A DNA stretch of 63,703 bases, counting the filler, from Nemertoderma westbladi (Eukaryota; Animalia; Xenacoelomorpha): assembly GCA_032718475.1 (NCBI GenBank). It is 4 parts of 4 records of this genome, joined end to end, with 100 filler letters (N's around TTAATTAATTAA, not from the genome) between each part and the next. Parts side by side here need not be neighbours in the genome. Positions count along the whole stretch, not along the records: positions 59,175 to 63,703 come from JAUCBJ010002264.1; 3 more parts are not named here. One strand, given 5' to 3'. The position numbers and the translations under genes were made by a program. The notes below the pieces were generated by a model. It worked only from the letters and a program-made list of their open reading frames with translations. It ran no database searches and was not told the DNA's origin. Every line of letters starts with the position of its first letter. Position 1 is the first letter of the stretch. This document shows positions 59,175 to 63,703 of the stretch, piece after piece.

Positions 59175-62100
59175 CGGGTTGAGTATCTATGAGAAATCTT
59201 TTTGAAAAGTTGACCAATGGGAGAAGTGGTGGGAATTGTGTTATTATTAACATCATACATAAGTAAAGCGGTTTGGTGTTTGAATAGGTGTTCAGGAGGT
59301 AAGATGGATAAAGATTTATAGATAGTGTTGGACGGTGATCGGTAGTGAGAGAAAGTGATACAGCGCAATATTTTATTAATTTTAGTTCGTAATGGTTTGA
59401 GTGTAGAATAATTAGTTTTACCCCAAATTAAAATACCATATAATAAATAGGGGTGAATAAGGGAGAAGTAAAGTTGTCGGAGAATGTTCAGAGGAAAAAT
59501 GTAACGTAGTTTGTATAGTAAGCCACCTGTTCTTGAAATTTTCTTAATTATGGAATTTATATGGGATTTCCAGGATAATTTATTATCTACTGTGATACCT
59601 AAAAATTTTGTTGAGTTTTTAAACGAGATAGGTGAGTTGTTAATTTGTATAATATTTTCTGACGGATTAAAATGTCTGTTGGAAAGAATGGTAAATTCAG
59701 TTTTGGTTAAATTTAGTGAAAGTTTGTTATCCGACAGCCAGTCAGAGAGCGCATTCAGTTCTGAGTTAACAAATTGAGTCATAGGGGCTAATTTTGAATC
59801 TGTTGCGTATAAAGTAGTGTCATCGGCAAAGAGTGTGGTGAAAAGCCTGGTCGCGTTTGGGAGGTCGTTTATGTAAAGGAGGAATAGGAGGGGAGACAAG
59901 GTGGCGCCTTGCGGGACGCCGGTATTGAGAGGGAGGTATGATGATGTATTATTACCGATAGCGACAGATTGGGAGCGAGCAGAAAGATAGCTGGAAAATA
60001 ATTTAAGTGGAAGGCCGCGAATACCATAGCATGCGAGTTTCTGGAGAAGAATGTCGTGGTTAATAGTATCAAAGGCTTTTTTTAGATCGATGTAAATGAC
60101 ACAAGAATAATTTTGATCGTCAAGATATTGATGCATTTTTTCAATGACAGATAACAGAGCATGGGTGGTGGATGTTTTTGGGCGGAAACCGTACTGGCAT
60201 GATGATAGGATGGAGAATTTATGTAAATATGATAGTAGCTGAGAATTAATTATTTGTTCGAATACTTTACTTAATATGGGCAAAAGAGAAATTGGGCGGT
60301 AGTTATTGCGATCGGAATTGTCACCTGATTTAAAAACTGGGATAACTTTCGCTTTTTTTAATGCGTCTGGGAAAAAACCATGGGTAATAGAAATATTGAA
60401 GAGGTAACTTAGTATGAGAGATAATGGTTTAGCAGCCAGAATGAGCAATCTAGTTGGAAATGGGTCGTTTGAAGAAGTGAGGGGGTCTAGCTGGAGTAGT
60501 TTGAATTCAACTTCAACGGGGCAGGTTTCGATTAGGGAGAAAGAGTTACGAGGTGGATTAATATGTCGGGTTGGTCTGCGCGGCGATGTAGGAATAGTAC
60601 TGGCTAGTGATTGTCCAATAGTGGAGAAGTGTATATTAAAAAGCTCGGCTATGGAAGATGGGTCAGTAATCGTTTCAATAGTAAGATCAGTTTTAACGGT
60701 AAGTTTTGTAGGGAGTTTGGATTTATTGTTTCTATTTAAAGCTGAATTAATTATAAACCAGGTTTTCTTAATATTGCCGGCATTAGTTTTAAACTGTCTA
60801 GCGTAATAATTTTTTCAGCAGTACGGAGGGTAGAGGTTAATTGGTTGCGGTAAGTTGTAAAAACTAAGTGATTATTTTGAGAGGGGTTTTTAATATAGGC
60901 CCGGTACAGTTTATTTTTTGTAAGGGTACAGTTAATTAAGTTGTCAGTCATCCATGGTTTAAGAGGAATGGAACGAGGGGGGACTGCGGTACGGGGGACG
61001 TGTCTAGAACAAATGTTATTAAGGTCATTGTAAAAGTTGTCGAATTTATCGGAAGTGTTCAAGTTATTAGAAAAGGTACTAGTGCTCAGAGATTCAATTT
61101 CAGAGACGAATACAGATGGATTGAGGTTTGAGAAATCGAACTTAAATGTTTGTTTAGGGGCAATGGAAGAAGAGGAGTATTTTTCGAGAATAACAAAGGT
61201 GGGTTGGTGGTCGCTGGAGCCGATTTTACAAGAAATTGTACCGGAATTAGTTGAGGAGGTTGTGATGTTAGTAAAGATATGGTCGATTAGTGTTTCAGAG
61301 TGAATGGTATGTCCTGTAAGTTCAGAGTGAAAAATTCGAGTAGGTTGATTAATTAATTGGACGAAACCATAAGAAGCCAGTAGATCGATATATGAAGATG
61401 ATTCAGTGTTCGGTTTAATTAGGTTAATGTTCATATCACCAGTTATAACAATGTCAAGGTTATTTTTAGAAAGGTTAGAAAGGGTTGAGTCCAGTATTGT
61501 TAGGAATTCCGCGTGAGCTACAGAGTCGGGGCGATAGATTGTACCAATTATAAGAGGTTTGGAATTACGGGGACGTTTAATTTTAACCCAAGTGCTCTCG
61601 AGCCCAGCCATCTGAATTTCGGGACAACCACTGAATTCAAGGTTATTTGAAACGAAAATTGCTGTACCGCCACGGTTTAATTTTTTCCCATATGATCGGT
61701 TCGTTAAAATTGGGTCTTGATATCCAGCAATTTTGATAAGGTTAATAAGAGCGTGGTCGTCAGTGAGAAAAGTTTCAGAAAAAGTTAGTACATCAAATTT
61801 TAGCTTTATCATTAAAAGGAAATCTAGTAATGCAGAGTGATTTTTAGGTAAAGAGCGGCAGTTGAGGTGTAGAATTTTAATAGACGAGCCTTTTTTTATT
61901 GATGAAAATTCTGAATTAAATCCCTGTTCACTGCAAGTTCCTTTGTCAAAATTTATATTATTTAAGTTTGAGTCGGGATCGAGGTGGCTAAAAGTTTGAT
62001 TAAGGATTTCTGATTCAGGAATAGTTTGAATTGAGGAAGAAAAAATTTCGCTATCTGAAGTAGGTACCGAAAAAAATGGAAAAATTTCGATTGAGCAAAA

Positions 62101-62328
62101 ATTACAAAATAAATCCTTTAAAGTGATTTCCTGCAAGGAGAGATAAGATCCACACTGGTAGTGATACGAATTGCAGCAAATTGAACACCGAACAATCGGG
62201 TTAGAAGGAGTAAAAGGGGAGAAACAAAACGCACAGGCGGGGACAGGCAGGTACATAACGCTATTAAACACGGCAGGGCAAACATGCTGCCTGACACAAG
62301 ACCTAAATATAGGATAACATAACAGCAT
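59175..62328 (-). pseudogene. CR1/L2-group LINE ORF2 (PHD-like finger, APE endonuclease, RT)
   Basis: HLNCRSL, SETFL, GTIYRP, GDMNIN, LIDHIF, SDH, NYRPISLL, DLKKAFDT, GVPQG, LFADD. One frameshift near 60805; the 3' end runs into a gap. Confidence 0.93.
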
Positions 62329-62954
62329 CCGGCGCTGTTAAAAATTAAGTCGTCCTTTGGTTATTATAAAAAAAAAAATAATAATAACTACGAGACATAG
62401 GCCTAGGAGGAAAAATAATAACTACGAGACATAGGAGGAAAAATAATAAAAATAACATTAAGAGCTGCGCATATAAAATATTATGGTAATTTATCAGGAA
62501 AATTATACAGTTGTAGATATTTATATATTATTTTAGCCTACAATATGCGCAGCTCAGTACCGATATATTACGCCTGGAGAATGAGTTATTTTTTGTACTA
62601 AGCTCTATTAATACTGAATATCAATGGGATCTGTAATAATTAGTATTCCAGCCAAATCTGACGACAATTTATACGACAGGGAAGTGTAAGTAATATATCG
62701 GTAGGCACTTTATCACTATATTATAATATAATCATAAACCTAAGCGGCAAATAGCTTCCATACATACATAAAGTTTACGAAGTTACAAAATTCCCAAGAC
62801 ATTAACTAATTTAGAACATTAAGGAGTTTATAAGTTAAAGCACAGAATAACGTAACAGACGCATAGACAATAGTACTACGGAACGGGCAGCTCCACCACA
62901 TTGCTGCGCGATGGGGGATCGTGAAACGAAAGAAAACGCGGATGGGGTCGGCCG

Positions 62955-63580
62955 TTACTCGGGTGTACTCTCACAAGGAGAGCTCGGGATATCTCCCAGG
63001 GGAGAATGGAACTCGTAGAGATTGGAACTGCGGTCACGGGGAGGGGACGCTACGGATACGGACCCGGAACGACGACGAATAGGGGATGCAGACAATCCTC
63101 GCGATGTAGAACTCGATTTGGGAGTACCGGTAGCTAGTTTATCCAGATCAGCTAAGGAAAAGATAGGAGTAGGTGAGCTCGTAGCCGTGAGCTTCACTAT
63201 AACATTACCATTTGTTGTGTAGGCCGAGTGTATGATCTTCTGGCGTTTTTTGGTACGAGCAGCACGTAGGATTTCGGCGCGCGGTTTCGTCAAGTGCTCC
63301 GATATGTAGATCTTCCCGTCAAGATTTCGTTTGTTACGCAAAGCCACTGCCCTAGAACTGTGGCCGTAAAAACGAATTAGTAACGGACGTGTGCGAGAGG
63401 TGGAAGAACTTGAACGGACCGGAGCACCCAAACGGTGAAAGACGTCGACCGATTGGATGGTTAAACCGAGATTAGCAAGGACATCATTTAGTTGGTTACG
63501 TTCGCCTTCAGGGTTGGATGCAACCGGGAGGCCGTGTATAAGGAGATTATGGCGGTGATGGTATTGTTCGAGGTTATCAT
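62955..63580 (-). pseudogene. ORF1 of the same LINE, interrupted at its 5' part
   Basis: DNLEQYHHRHNLLIHGLP...DVFHRLG...RPLLIRF...ISEHLTKPR. Confidence 0.85.
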
Positions 63581-63703
63581 ACTACTACTACTACTAGGAT
63601 CGGCATGCTGCATTGCAGCTGCATTTTTAAGAATGCTGTGCCGGCTTGTCAACAAAATTGCACCGCCACAACTCCCTATCACCCATCACATTTGCTAGAT
63701 CAT
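63581..63703 (-). mobile_element. 3' end of an RTE-like LINE inserted in ORF1
   Basis: DLANVMGDRELWR followed by a (TAG)n tail on the minus strand. Confidence 0.7.

Overview
AT-rich, repeat-saturated animal (probably invertebrate) scaffold segment with three 100-nt assembly gaps. The only clear host gene is a single-ORF very-large-inducible-GTPase (GVIN1/URGCP-like, 49159-56400, minus) with an N-terminal MACPF-like motif; its frame ends inside a Tc1/mariner terminus. The rest is nested transposons: two BEL/Pao LTR elements, a DIRS/Ngaro element split by a hAT element (itself split by a TTAA element), two Crypton-type tyrosine recombinases, pogo, piggyBac-like and Helitron-like pieces, CR1/L2-like and RTE-like LINEs, and several minisatellites. 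The top candidate for novelty is the second BEL/Pao element (33055-43398). It has no integrase and instead carries, straight after RNase H, a frameshifted ~770-codon ORF with a DEDDy 3'-5' exonuclease-like domain and three CCHC zinc knuckles. All family calls come from motif recognition by eye; no database search was run.
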